This document shows positions 39,308-52,798 of a DNA stretch of 64,000 nucleotides, one piece after another. The stretch is from Leucoraja ocellata (Eukaryota), in the NCBI GenBank assembly GCA_036785375.1, contig JAWMAR010000007.1, positions 11,222,001-11,286,000 on the forward strand, written 5' to 3'. The notes below the pieces were generated by a model. That model did not search any database and had not been told where the DNA came from. It saw nothing but the letters and a program-made list of their open reading frames with translations. Positions within the stretch are counted from its first letter, which is position 1. Each line of letters opens with the position of its first letter. Position numbers and translations under genes: made by a program.

Positions 39308-39691
39308 CTGGTATTTTGATAGGCCCATGTGCGCATTCATACATTGCCTTTGTTTGCTCTGTGAGCTCAACACGACAGTAGAGGGTCTTGATTGTATCCG
39401 TCGTTCTCAGCTGATTAATGATTATGGAAGCATCGTTCTTCCGAGGGTCCCCCATTCGTCGGTAGTGAGCTCCTACATTATACACAATATCATTTTTACA
39501 CGTGCCGCTTGATAGATAATTTTTGTATTCGAAAAGGGTCTTCTTGGGCTTCTCCTCTTTCCAGATGATGTTGATGTTGCCTTTGTATTCATGGTGAGGG
39601 TGAGTGAACTTGCAGTACAGAACCACGAGCTTCCCCTCCCTCCCCATCACCTTGTCCGGTGTCTCTATGGACCAACCACTGGTATTGCAGC
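39308..39691 (-). CDS. Siglec-15-like receptor, exon 2 (V1, sialic-acid-binding-type V-set domain)
   Basis: Acceptor tgtgtcttcacag, donor G|GTGAGG, 384 nt, phase 1/1. Motifs WSIETP, LYCKFTHPHHEYKG, GDPRKNDASI, YCRVE and YECAHG match the Siglec-15 V domain pattern (CTFTHPH, GNPRRNDLSL, FCRVE, YESRHG). Confidence 0.9.
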
Positions 39692-40269
39692 CTGTGAAGA
39701 CACAGAGATGTAACGTTAAGACTGAACTGAGGGCCACAGTCACTGTCGGAGGCTGCGCGCACCCTGGGTCCCTGCCCTTGTGGAAGACAGTTGAACTGTG
39801 ATGCTGCTGTGCTGTTTGTCACCGTCACCATGTGGTGAGCTGTGAGAAATGGGGAGGTGGGACTGTGACACTAACAGTGGTTCCCCTCCTCCGGGCTGTG
39901 CTGGCTCTTCACTAGAGCCACATCTCTCACAGCTATAAGCTGCTGTCCGGGAGAGACCTTGCATTTACATCACTTCCCTCACAGACAGGGGGTGGTCCAC
40001 AGAGCTTCACAGGTTTGAAGTGTTGGCGGTGAAGTAGCGTTGGGAATGCCACAGGCAAGTAGTGCACAGCAAGATCCCACAAAGGAAGTACCTGACCACT
40101 AATCGAGGATGTACACAGCTGGCACAGTGGAGCAGCTAGTGGAGCTGCTAACTCACAACTCTAGGGACTCAGAGTTTAATCCTGACCTCAGATGCTGTGT
40201 ACAGTTTGCACTTTCCATCTATAACTGCATGGGTTTCTCTTTCTTAGTTTGTTTCCCACATCTCAAAGA

Positions 40270-42510
40270 TAGAAACATAGAGACATAGAAAATAGGTGCA
40301 GGAGGAGGCCATTTGGCCCTTCGAGCCAGCACCGCCATTCATTGTGATCATGGCTGATCGTCCCCAATCAATAACCCGTGCCAGCCTTCTCCCCATATCC
40401 CTTGACTCCACTAGCCCCTGGAGCTCTATCTAACTCTCTCTTAAATCCATCCAGTAATTTGGCCTCCACTGCCCTCTGTGGCAGGGAATTCCACAAATTC
40501 ACAACTCTTTGGATGAAAAGATTTTTTCTCACCTCAGACCTTAAATGGCCTCCCCTTTATTCTAAGACTGTGGCCCCTGGTTCTGGACTCGCCCAACATT
40601 GTGAACAATTTTCCTGCATCTAGCTTGTTCAGTCCTTTTATAATTTTATATGTTTCTATAAGATCCCCCTCATCCTTCTAAACTCCAGCCTAGTCTTTTC
40701 AATCTATCCTCACATGACAGTCCCGCCATCCCAGGGGTCAATCTCATGAACCTATGCTGCACTGCCTCAATCACAAGAACGTCCTTCCTCAAATTAGGAG
40801 ACCAAAACTGTACACAGTACTGCAGATGTGGTCTTACCAGGGCCCTATACAACTGCAGAAGAACCTATTTACTCCGATACTGAAATCCTCTTGTTATGAA
40901 GCTTAACATTCCATTAGCTTTCTTCACTACCTGCTGCACCTGTAAGCCAACTTTCAGTGACTGGTGTACAAGGCCACCCAGGTCTCGCTGCACCTCCCCC
41001 TTACATAACCTAACCCCATTGAGATAATAATCTACCCTCTTGTTTTTGCCGCCAAAGTGGATAACCTCACATTTATCTATATTACACTGCATCTGCCACT
41101 CATCTGCCCACTCACTCAACCTGTCCAGGTCACCCTGCAACCTCCTAACATCCTCTTCACAATTCACACTGCCCCCCAGCTTTGTGTCATCCGCAAACTT
41201 GCTAGTGTAGCTCCTAATTCCCTCTTCCAAATCATTAATATATATGGTAAATAGTTGCGGCCCCAACACCAAGCTTTGCGGCAATCCACTCGCCACTGCC
41301 TGCCATTCTGAAAAGGACCCGTTCACTCCTACTCTTTGCTTCCTGTTTGCCAATCAATTTTCTATTCATGTCAAAACCCTACCCCCAATACCATGTGCTC
41401 TAATTTTAGTCACCAGTCTCCCATGTGGCACCTTATCAAAGGCTATCTAAAAGTCTAGACACACTGCATCCACTGGCTCCCCTTCATTCATTTTACTTGT
41501 CACATCCTCATAAAATTCCAGATGATTAGTCAAGCATGATTCCCCTTTCATAAATCCATGTTGACTTGGACTAATCCTTTTACTGCTATCCAATTGCCCC
41601 ATTATTACCTCTTTAATAATTGACTCCAGCATCTTTCTCACCACCGAAGTCAGGCTAACTGGTCTGCAATTCCCCGTTTTCTCTCTCGCTCCTTTCTTGA
41701 AAAATGGGATAACATTAGCAATCCTCCAATCCACAGGAACTGATCCTGAATCTATTGAACATTGGAAAATGATCACCAATGCGTCCACTAATTTTAGAGC
41801 CACCTCCCTGAGGAATCCTGGGATGCAGACCATCAGGCCCAGGGGATTTATCATCCTTCAGTCCCATTAGCCTACCCAATACTATTTCTAACCTAATAAA
41901 ATGTTCTTTCAGTTCCTTTACCCCCTTAGATCCTCTGTCCTTCAGTACATCTGGGAGATTGTTTGTGTCTTCCTTAGTGAAGACAGATCCGAAGTACCAA
42001 CTTTTCTGCCATTTCCTTGTCCCCATTATAATTTTACCCGTGTCTGCATTCAATGGACCCACATTTGACTTTGCTACTCTTTTTCCCATAACATATCTAA
42101 AGAAGCTTTTACTGTCCTTCCTTATATTCCTGGCCAGCTGCCCCTCATACTTCATCTTTTCAGCCCATATTGCCCGTTTTGTTTCCATCTGTTGTCGTAT
42201 GAAAGTTTCCCAATCCTCTGGCTTCCGACTACGCTTTGCTGTGTTATACATCTTTTCGTTTAGTTTTATTCTATCCCTAACTTCTCTTCTCACCCACGGT
42301 TGCCTCCTACTTAGAATCTTTCTTCCTTTTTGGAATGAAATGATCCTGCATCTTCCGATTATGCCCAGAAATTCCTGCCATTCCTGTTACATCGTCATTT
42401 CTGTTAGGATCCCTTTCCAGTCTACCTTGGCCTGCTCCTCTCTCATGCCTTCATAGTCCCCTTTGTTCAACTGCTTCACTGACACTTTAACCTTCTCCTT
42501 ATCAAATTGA
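40270..42510 (-). mobile_element. CR1 LINE, about 2.2 kb, 5'-truncated and frameshifted
   Basis: KSPGPDGLHP, NCRPVSLTSVV, QHGFMKG, KFADDTKLGG and a CR1 tail. Confidence 0.92.
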
Positions 42511-44066
42511 TGCGCATCGTTAATTCACAGACTACTCTAAGTTGCCCTCAGTGTTTTTCGGTGAGTGGTAGAAACTGGGGCTGGGGAGCCATGGATTGAT
42601 TTTTGAGCTGAATTACTGCTCAATTCTTGTGATATTCTAGTTGCTGTGCTAATCCACGAGAATTCTGGTTACTGCTCCAATGCTCAGGACATTTTAATTA
42701 TTGCACTAACTTTCGTGACTTTCTCGTTTCTGCTCTAAATTCTAGGGGCATTGGACCAGTTCTGCAGCAGGAAAGACCTCTCCAAGATCAATGGGTTGCA
42801 CCTCAGCCACACTGGGACAGTGTCGTAGTAGGGAGATTTATTGGTGCACGAAGAAGAGTTTGAGCCAAACAGACAAAGTAATGGATCAGTATCTATTACT
42901 AGTGTGTGGCAAGAGAAAAGAGAAATAAGGTGCACCAAGATTGGGAGTGGCAGATAGTACGAAAATAGTAAATATGTGAGTGAGCCTGGTTATTGATAGG
43001 TAGAAATATCTATATGGAAAAATGATGCAGAGTTGGGGCAGGACCAGACATTTAATGGTTCTGGCTACAAGGTGTTGATAATGGAGAGGGAAGGGACATT
43101 TTAGATGGGCCGGTAATACTGATTGAGGAAAATTAGTATTGGTTTATTATTTTCATGTATACTGAGATAGGCAAAAAATTATTTTGTGTGTTATCCGGCT
43201 AAATCGTACCATTCATGATTACATCACTTAGTGCATTAGAGAAAGCAAATAGAGTAAAGAATATAGCATTGCACCTACAGAGGAAGTGTCGTTTAATAAA
43301 AATGTTTGTGGCCACAACAAGGTATATTGGAAGATTGGGGATTCATCCTTCACATGAGATGTTATTTTGAGAAAGGTATTATCCCAGGTGCAGGTGTTCA
43401 CTGTACCTCAATACATGTGACAATAATAAACCAAAACCAATTTGATTAGGATCAGAATCAACAATGAGCGCAAAGACATTCAGAGCAACACAGGAAACCA
43501 TTTGGCTGTTCAAGCCTGGTCAACAGTCAATATGATTATGGCTCTTAATTGCTAATCAATACAGAATTGAACTTTGTCCCCATTCCCCTTGATTTCTTTA
43601 GCCTGGGAATATATTCAGCTCCTTGCTGAAGACAAGAGGTGGCTTGGCTTGAACTACTTTCAATTTGATAATTCTATAGGTGCATTACTCTCAGTGAAGA
43701 TATTTCTCATCATCTTCACTTTTAAACTATGCCAAGGACACAACGCCCTTCACCCCCTCTCAAGGGCTAATATCTTCATCCAGAAGTGTGGGGTCGACAA
43801 CTAAACACAATCTCCCCAGCTGCTCTGACTCCAGCCTTATAATCTCAAACCGATCATTTACTGTATTGTAAAATGTTTGTATTAAAGGTCTTCACACACA
43901 TACATATTCCCTTTCTGGAAGACTGCCTGTCACCTTAAGTACAGCATCAAAAGACTGATCCTGCTCTGTTTCCACGGACACACATGTCTATCTCATACAG
44001 TTAATCATTTCACTCACAGTGAAACAGCCAGAAAAGCAACTCTGCTCCTTATTAAAGGATACTTAC

Positions 44067-44115
44067 GATTAGCGGTGACAGGCAGTGCAAAGGCACAAAG
44101 CAAAATGAACAGCAT
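44067..44115 (-). CDS. Siglec-15-like receptor, exon 1 (signal peptide MLFILLCAFALPVTAN)
   Basis: ATG at 44115 with A at -3, a 16-codon hydrophobic leader, then a phase-1 donor C|GTAAGT. Joins in frame to the V1 exon. Confidence 0.8.
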
Positions 44116-44846
44116 TCTCTTCTCTCATTGAGCTTTCAAATGCCGTAAGTCTATCCACTGGACGAGTAGAACCGAGACTCCAGCAGTTTTCTGTAGCTTT
44201 CTGAGTTTTACATTTAACATAGAGTGTAAAAGGGCGCAAGAGGCTTTGCAAGAATTGTCATACAGCTTCAAATGGAGAAGTCAATTTTGACACTTTGCAT
44301 TTCAATCAACCAGTCCTTGTCCAGCAGAATCTGAGTGGAACTGACAGCAGCAACAAGGGCTTCACCCTCTGGCTGCTGTCAGTGGTATGCCAGCAATATT
44401 TCAAGTCCACACCGCACTTTTATCTTGATTAGAAAGAGCTTGCAGAATTCTCAGAAAGTTGACCAGGAAGTAAGAAGCAAGATTGTTCCTTGTTTATAAC
44501 CTGAAGCAAAATATGAAAAGGATTGCAAAATGCATTTGTGCTGGGTGATGATGAAATTATATGTTATCAAGTTTTTTATAATTTTATAGCTTTGATTATG
44601 CCATGGATAAATTTGTCACAAATGTAAGAAACCATACCTGATATTAATCAGGTTCTTGTTAATTACAGTTGTACCACATTTAACCAAATATTTGACATGC
44701 AGAAAAACAAATTTCAGGAGGTCCTCAATGCATTAGGTTGCATCTGTGGAGGCAGAGTAATGGTTGACGTTTCAGGTCAAGACCCTGCATCATCCCTCAA
44801 TGCATCACCAAATATTTGATATGTGATACCGTGCATAATTCTTAAC

Positions 44847-46994
44847 GAATGAATGAATGGATGATTGAATGCATGTATGTATGAATGAATGAATGCATGA
44901 ATAAGTTTATTGGCCAAGTATTCACAAACAAGGAATTTGCCTTTGTGATCCGCCCACATGTGACAACATGACATACAGTGACAGTTACGAATGATACATA
45001 AAACACTAAACATTAATAATAAAACACATTGATCAAACATGTGAATTAAATAAAATACCAGAGCAAAAGGAGGCTACAGATTGTTGGCTGTTGAGTAGAG
45101 CTAATAGTCATGGAAAAAAGCTGTTTTTATGTCTGGCTGTGGCAGCTTTGTCAGTCTGGAGTCGCCTTCCAGAGGGACATGATGCAAAGAGTTTGTGGCC
45201 AGGGTGAGAGGGGTCAGAGGTGATCTTATCCGCTCGCTTCTTAGCCTCTGCAGTGTACAGTTTGTCAATGGAGGGAAGGTTGCAGCCAATAACCTTCTTA
45301 ACTGATCGGACGATTCTCTGCAACCTCCGGAATTTTTTCAACTTTTTTTGTTTTTTTAGTATCTTTTAATGTATGTTTTTAATGTTCCTCTGTGCGTTTT
45401 GGTTGGGGGGGGGGGGGGGGGGGGGTAAGGGGGAAACCGCTTCGGTCACCTCCTCCACAGAGAGGCGACTTTTTCCAGGTCACCTCCCCGTGGTCAAACA
45501 GTGAAGGTTGGGCGGCTTTTCCCAGGGACGCGCCCGGGGCTCAGCGGTGGGCGCAGCGTGGGCTCTGGGAGTGGAGCAGGGGCTCGCCTGAGGGGGAGCG
45601 CTCCGTTTCATTGGTCCGCGGCAGCCGGCAGCCTGAAGCCCCGGTCTGCAGAGTTCCAGCTGGTGCGGCGTCTGCAGCCCGGGATCCCTCGTGGGGGACC
45701 CGGGGGTAGAAGAGCTCCAACTATGGGCCCGCGGCCAACTACTACCGCGGGCGCAGCGTGGACTTACTTACCATCAGGAGCGGGGTCCCAAGCCGGGGAA
45801 CCCTGTAGGGGAGCTCCAGATCGCCGGCCCTGCGGTCTGTGGTGCTTCTGGCTGCAGCATGGCGGGAACTTTAAATCTTCGACCGCCGGCCTGCGGTCTA
45901 CACCATCTTGAAGCCGCGGTCTCCGGTAGGGTTGCACCGATTCACGACTTACCTGGACTTTTTATCTTGTCTGTACATCTGGACGCCCGCAGCGACGGCT
46001 ACGAAGGGTTGAGGACCCGACCACAGGGGAAAATGGAGGAGGACTGGACAATCTTTGTGCCTTCCACCACAGTGATGAATGCTGTGGTAGATGTTTGTGT
46101 TACATTTTTATTGTGTATTTGTGTGTTCTTTATCATTGTACCGCTGCTGGCAAATTCATTTCACTTGCACTTTATGAGCAATGTGACGTATAAAACCGTA
46201 TTGTATTGTATTGTATTGTATTGTATTGTCGTGCTTGGTAGCTGAGCAAAACCAGACCATGATGGAGAAGGTGAGGACAGACTCTACGATGGCCGTATAG
46301 AATTGGACCATCATTGCCTGTGGCACATTGTGCTTCCTCAGCTGCCGTTGGAAATACATCCTCTGTTGTGCTTTTTTGACTGTGGAGTCGATGATAGCCC
46401 CCCACTTAAGGTTCTTGGAGATGATGGTTCCCAGGAACTTAAAAGACTCCACAGATGTGACTGTGGTATTGTTGATGGTGAGTGGGGTGAGGGGAGGGGG
46501 AACTCTCCTAAAGTCTACAATCAATTCCACTGCCTTAAGGGCATTGAGCTCCAGGTTGTTGCGTTGGCACCAGCACGCCAGCTGTGACACTTCCTGTCTG
46601 TAGGCAGATTCCTCCCCATCCTGGATCAGTCCAATCAGGGTTGCATTGTCCGCAAACTTGAGAAGCTTGACAGAGGTGTCTGTGGAGGTGCAGTTATTGG
46701 TGTAGAGAGAGTAGAGGAGAGGGGAGAGTGTGCAGCCTTGCCGTGCTCCTCTGCTGAGGGTCCGAGATGTGCTTTCCCAGACTCACATGCTGCTTCCTGT
46801 CTGTTAGAAAGCTGGTGATCCACCAACAGAGGGGTTCAGGTCACAGACAATTCGGAAAGTTTGGAGTGTAGTAGCTCTGGCACAATTAATCTAGGCTGTC
46901 TAGGTGCTGGAGGATGAAGTGCAGGCCTAGGCTGACTGTGTTACCCACTGTTCTATTGGCCCGATATGCAAACTGCAGAGGGTCCAGCAGGGGG
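44847..46994 (-). mobile_element. Rex1-type LINE interrupted by a GC-rich element (45332-46226)
   Basis: KFADNATLIG and KFLGTIIS motifs. The frame ATKHD|IRRLQR is rejoined across the insert. Has a (GAAT)n tail on the + strand. Confidence 0.85.
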
Positions 46995-47194
46995 NNNNNN
47001 NNNNNNNNNNNNNNNNNNNNNNNNNNNNNNNNNNNNNNNNNNNNNNNNNNNNNNNNNNNNNNNNNNNNNNNNNNNNNNNNNNNNNNNNNNNNNNNNNNNN
47101 NNNNNNNNNNNNNNNNNNNNNNNNNNNNNNNNNNNNNNNNNNNNNNNNNNNNNNNNNNNNNNNNNNNNNNNNNNNNNNNNNNNNNNNNNNNNNN
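46995..47194. other. Assembly gap (200 N)
   Basis: Run of n characters. Confidence 1.
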
Positions 47195-50100
47195 GATTGC
47201 TAGCTTTCCCTATTTCACATTGGTCATCTTATTTAGCACTCATGATTTCCCGCTTAGTAGCATCAACATAATGGTTTGGCGTGTTGAAATAGAACGTGCT
47301 GGTTGGGAGGTCCACATGATTTTATTCTCATAAACGGGGAGTGGTCAAAATCTGAGCTGAGAAGGTGGTTGAGCTGGATATTTACAGAGCATGTGAAATG
47401 TATCTGGATGAGCACTTGAATTGCCAAGGCATTGAAGGCTACAGACCAAGGGCTGAGAAATGAGATTAGCATAGACGGCAACTTGAGAGTTGGCATAGAC
47501 ACAATGGGCCAAATGACCTGCTTCTCTCTTGGATGACCCTTGACTCTAAGCTGGCAGGATGGTTTCATATAACCGAGTGACTTGCCGGTCCAAGATATAA
47601 TGGAAAGTTAAGATTTAATCACATTTCTGTGGGTCTTCAGTCACAAAAAAAGCCACCCCAGAAAAGGACAGCTGATTCTCTTCCTTCAAGGGCACCAGGG
47701 AACAGACTGGGCTTTCATGACTATCTGGTGGTTTCATAGTCACATTTCTGACACTATGAGTTGTTATTTCAGGTTAATTTAAGTAGTTACCTTGGCTCAT
47801 GACCTACATCTCCTGTCCGTTCTCTCAGCCATTAGTACAAGCTTCTGGATTATCGGCTCTCCAACTGAATTGTGATGCTCCTGTACCATCTACCTAGACA
47901 GATGGCAGTCCATGTCCATGGAGTTTCTGTACATTTTTATTTCTCTCACATCACTAGAAGAAATGTTGTGAACGAAGAGGAAGCTTGTTCATAAAATGTG
48001 ATTTTTAGGTAGAACATCAAATGTGAAAAAGAAAATTACCTCCAGGTAATTTGCAAATGTGAATTCAGAGTAAAATGGACTGTGTGTGATTTTTGAAGGA
48101 TACCATTATGCGGGAAAGTGCAGAAAATATTTATGAGGTTGTAGCCAGGACTTGAGGACCTGAGCAGTAAGGAAAGGTTAGGCAGGCTGGGGCGTTATTC
48201 CTTGGAATGCAGGAGGTTGGGGGATAATATTATAGAGGTGTATAAATTAACGGGTGGAGGAGATAGATAAGATGAATGCACAGTCTTTTACCCAGGGCAG
48301 GAAACATGGGTTTAAAGTAAGTGGGGAAAGATTTAATAGGAACATGGTGGGTGTATGGAATGAGTTGCCAGAGGAGGTAATTGAAGCAGGTACTATAACA
48401 CCATTTAAAATAACTTGGAAAAGTACATGGTAATGTTCAGAGGGATCGGATCAAATGACCATGTGTGGAATTCTCTGCCACAGAAGGCAGTGCAAGCCAA
48501 TTCACTCGATGTTTTCAAGAGAGAGTTAGATTTAGCTCTTAAGGCTAACGGAATCAAGGGATATGGGGAAAAGGCAGGAATGGGGTGCTGATTGTAGATG
48601 ATCAGCCATGATCATATTGAATGGCGATGCTGGCTCGAAGGGCTGAATGGCGTACTCCTGCACCTATTTTATTTGCTTTTATGTTTCTAAAGTGCAGTAT
48701 GACTCCATGGCTCTAAGTCTGGAGATGCAAAAGAAAGATACAAAGGTTACACCAATGAATAAAGTCAGTGCTCAAGGCTAGGGAGTGTGGCACAGACAGA
48801 AGCTCAGTTCAGAACTGAATCACAAACTGAGGCAATGAACAATCTAGTCCAGTGCCTCCAATGAACTTGGAGTGGGCAAAGCTATAGAACCTACAGTGGA
48901 TGCAAAATATAATGCCTTTCATCCTACTGTAAGTTGACTAATGGGACAGCAACCTATGTTTACAGATAGAATGGAGAATATAAAGATGAGAGGAGAAATA
49001 GAGATAGATATCAGCAGCATTCAGATGAAAGATAACCCCAAGTCTAAAGGACAGACAGTAGATTAATGAAAGGATGGACCCAGATTTAACTCCTTTGAGA
49101 GACACCAAAGGCTACAATGCAGGGTGGGAAGTGAAACTTTTTTTTAGTTTAGTTTAGAGATACAGCGTGGAAACAGGCCCGTTGGCCCACTAAGTCCGCA
49201 CCGACCAGTAATCCCCGAACATTAACACTACCCTACACACACTAGGGACAATTTTACATTGATACAATTATACCAAGCCAAATAACTACACACCTGTACA
49301 TCTTTGGAGTGTGGCAGGTCACGAGGGGAATGTACACATTTCGTGCAGACAAGCACCCGTAGGCAGGATCGAACCTGGGTCTCTGGCGCTGCAAGGCAGT
49401 AGCTCTACCGCTGTGCCACCGTGCCACCCTTTACCTCAATACACTGTGACAGACACTGTTGGTAACTGGTTGAAGTGGCCATAGAAGAATCATTGAATGT
49501 TAACAGAGGCCAATGTATACGGTGAGGCAGAGGAGAGATCACATGTATTATCACCTCATGTGTGGCTTTGAGATGGATCATAACAGGCCATACCAGACCA
49601 TAAACCAGTCTACAGGGATGGAAGCACAAACATTCTGCTGCAGGAACTTGGTGGGTCAAGCAGCATCTGTTGCGGGAAAGAATTGTTGGCATTCTGTGTC
49701 AAAACCCTGCATTAGACCAATTCTTTTCCCCCCCACAGATGCGTCTGGACCTGTTGAGCTTATCCAGCTGCTCATTTGTTGCTCCAGATTCCAGCAGCTG
49801 TAGTCACGTGTGTTGGGAGGGATTCAAATGTAGATTTCATGCAAATTATTGAGAATTGAAGAGTAAATGATGGAAAATGCCCTAGTTTATGCCGTGTGGT
49901 CAGATTAAAGGTGATATTGTTAAGGAGATAATGGCAATTTTGATAGAGAGAGGAAAGTATCTGAGGTACTATGTATAATCAATATGGTATCACTTGGGTG
50001 GAGAGGTCTAGAAGGGTGTAGTGTATATAATGGTAACCGTACCTTTAATAACTAAGTTTTAGGATAGTGTGATTTGTGTCTTGTGATATATTCATTATCT

Positions 50101-52136
50101 TATCAGTCTGATGAATATATGTGTGAATATGCAATGTGTACTTTCGTAAAAATAAAGAAGACCCACATGGGCAATGGCTTGATTGAAAAGCTGTCTTTCT
50201 TTCTATCTGCTTGCAACTGAGGTGTTCTGGTATACTCTCACAAGTGAATGGAGCAGAATAAGGCCATTCGGCCCATCAAGTCTACTCCAGCATTCTCCAC
50301 TCACACAGAGAGAGGGGCAGAGACACAGAGAGAGGGGCAGAGAGAGAGAGGGGCATAGAGAGAGAGAGAGACAGTTGACCCATCTCTCCTAACCCCATTC
50401 TCCTGCCTTCTCCCCAAAACCCCAACACCCATACTAATCAAGAATCTATCTATCTCTACCTTAACCATATGGCAAGATATGGCTTGGCAAGAGATGGTAA
50501 AGCATGAAGCAGCAAAGTTGCCGTTCGCGTGGCCTCACCTCAGTAAAACACTTACTTTTAGAATCAAGGTGGAACAGGCAGGAAAAGGGACTTTTATCAC
50601 ATGGTTGATCATGTGCATTTGAGAAGCTCAGTGTCACCCTAACTCTCCAGGATGGTACAAAAATCCAGGAGCTGCTTTCCAGAAATAATCTATTCTTAAC
50701 TGGGACTACACCATGAGCACATCCCAGATGGATTCTTTGCTCGGTTTCTCCAGCCCAATGCACCATCTGCTATTGAAAGAATAAACTGAACTAAACTGAA
50801 AGTGTTCAGTTGTCGTGGGCTTAATTTCTTCACCCAAACTTTCATTGTAACTTCCATTGAATCTGTGCAAATGATGGAGAATTGGGAATAGTAATGAGAA
50901 TGCTCTGTCAAATTTATGGTTGCTCTGGAGCATCCATGAAGAAATGAAGGGGGTGGCTGGTTGAGCAATGGTAAAGTTGCTGCCTTTCAGTGCTAGAGAC
51001 CCGGGTTCGATCCTGACTACGGATGCTGCCTGTACGGAGTTTGGATGTTCTCCCTGTGACTGTGTGGACTGTATCCGTGGGCTGCTCCAGTTTCCTCCCA
51101 CATTCCAAAGAAGTACAGGTTTGTAGGTTAATTGGCTTCAATAAGAATTGTCCCTATAGACAATAGGTGCAGGAATAGGCCATTCGGCCCTTCGAGCCAG
51201 CACCACCATTCAATGTGATCATGGCTGATAATCCACAATCAGTACCTAGTGTGTAGGATAGTGCTAGTGTATGGGGGATCACTGATCGGCACAGACTTGG
51301 TGCGCCAAAGGGCCTATTTTCTCTCTGTTCCTCTAAACTAAACTAAACTAAACTAAAATGGAGACACTAAATTCCTCACACCAGAAATACCAGTACAGTG
51401 CTTGAAGGTACAGATGAGAAGATCACAGGAGTGGAGTGACCTGGATAAATATTTGCAAGGCAAGATCATGTGTTTCCATCAGCTGTAGGGCTTGTGTCTT
51501 CATGGCTGGACTCTTAAAGTTGAAAATCCTTTGCTCAAGGCGGTTCTCCCAACATACGTGTAAGATCTAGTAAGATGGGCCAAACAGGCCCTTTGGCCCA
51601 TCTCAGGCTGACCAGATGCCCTATTTAAGCTACTCCCATTTGCCCATGTTTGACACATTTCCTTTTCCTGTACTTGCCCAAGAGTCTTTTAAATGCTGTT
51701 TCAGTAACTGTCTCGATGCTGTTTCAGTAACTGCCTCGATGCTGTTTTAGTAACTGCCTCATCTGCCTGCTCAGGCAGTGTGTTCCATATACCCACCAAC
51801 CTCTGTGTGAAAAAGTTGCCAGTCATGTTTCTTCTCCTTTCACCTTAAACTTATGTCCTCTTGTTCCTGACACCCCCCCAGAGCTGAGTAAAAGATATTC
51901 ACCATATTTATTCTACTCATTATTTGACATCACCTCTCAGTCTCATGTGCCCCAAGGAATAATGCCCAAGTCTGGCTAACCCTTCCCTATAGCTGTGACT
52001 CTTGAATCCTGGCAACATCCTTGGAAAATGTCTGCACTCTTTCTAGCTTAATTACATTGTTCTTATGGCATGCTGACCAAAATTGAATACACTACTCAAA
52101 TAAGGTCTGACCAATATCTTGTTCAACTGTAGCACA

Positions 52137-52798
52137 CTGTAGCAAGAATAGAACCCAAAACGGAATGGATTATATTTGGAATAATAGGAGAAGATACCAA
52201 TTTAAATAAAGATCAAAATGTTTTTTTTAATTATGGGTTAATAATTGGAAAGAAATTGATACTTAAATTTTGGAAAAATACAACCACACCAACTGTTAAA
52301 ATGTGGATCAGGAATATGATGGACATAGCACGCCTTGAAGAAATGAGACTCCGACTAATAGATAAATATGACCAATTCTTAAGGAGTTGGTCTCCTTTCA
52401 TCGACTTTTTGGAATCATGTGATGCAGCGGTACCGTAAGGATTGCTGATTTCAGTTCATGACGTGGATAGATCTACATCTCCGAATACAGATTTGAAAAA
52501 TTCTCTTTTAAGGGGCCTTCTCTTCTATTTCTACTTTCCACTTTCTCTCTTCCTTTTTTTTATTTTTTATATACACACTTCACGTTTTTCTACTCTCTAC
52601 CATCTATTTTTCCACTTTTTCCCCTTTCTATTGTTTTCTTTTTCTTGTCCTGCTTACTTCTTTCTTATAACATAAAACTAGAGGTTGTACATAGAATGGA
52701 TTACGGTATTACATAGTTGGCACCTAAAATTAGGTTCCACTGTATTGTTTTGTGCTGTATTAACTTCTAATAAAATAAACAAAAAAACAAAACAAAAA
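52137..52798 (+). mobile_element. L1-clade 3' fragment, same family as 2964-7865
   Basis: ILKFWKNTTTPTVKMWI...WSPFIDFLESC, an A-rich tail, and TSD aactgtagcaca at 52125-52136 and 52799-52810. Confidence 0.9.

Noticed and set aside
39297-39743. ORF-track N-terminus MTVALSSVLTLHLCVFT as a signal peptide
   Set aside because: It has a non-ATG start and is the pyrimidine tract of the V1 acceptor. The real leader is at 44067-44115.
39760-39840. Possible small exon between the leader and V1
   Set aside because: The best acceptor is phase 2 relative to the phase-1 donor frame, and the donor GTGCGC is weak. It is not needed for the frame.
9625-44115. Assigning the symbol SIGLEC15
   Set aside because: The architecture and TM differ from Siglec-15, and orthology cannot be established without phylogeny or synteny.
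46914-47333. ORFs spanning X residues
   Set aside because: Artefact of the 200-N gap.
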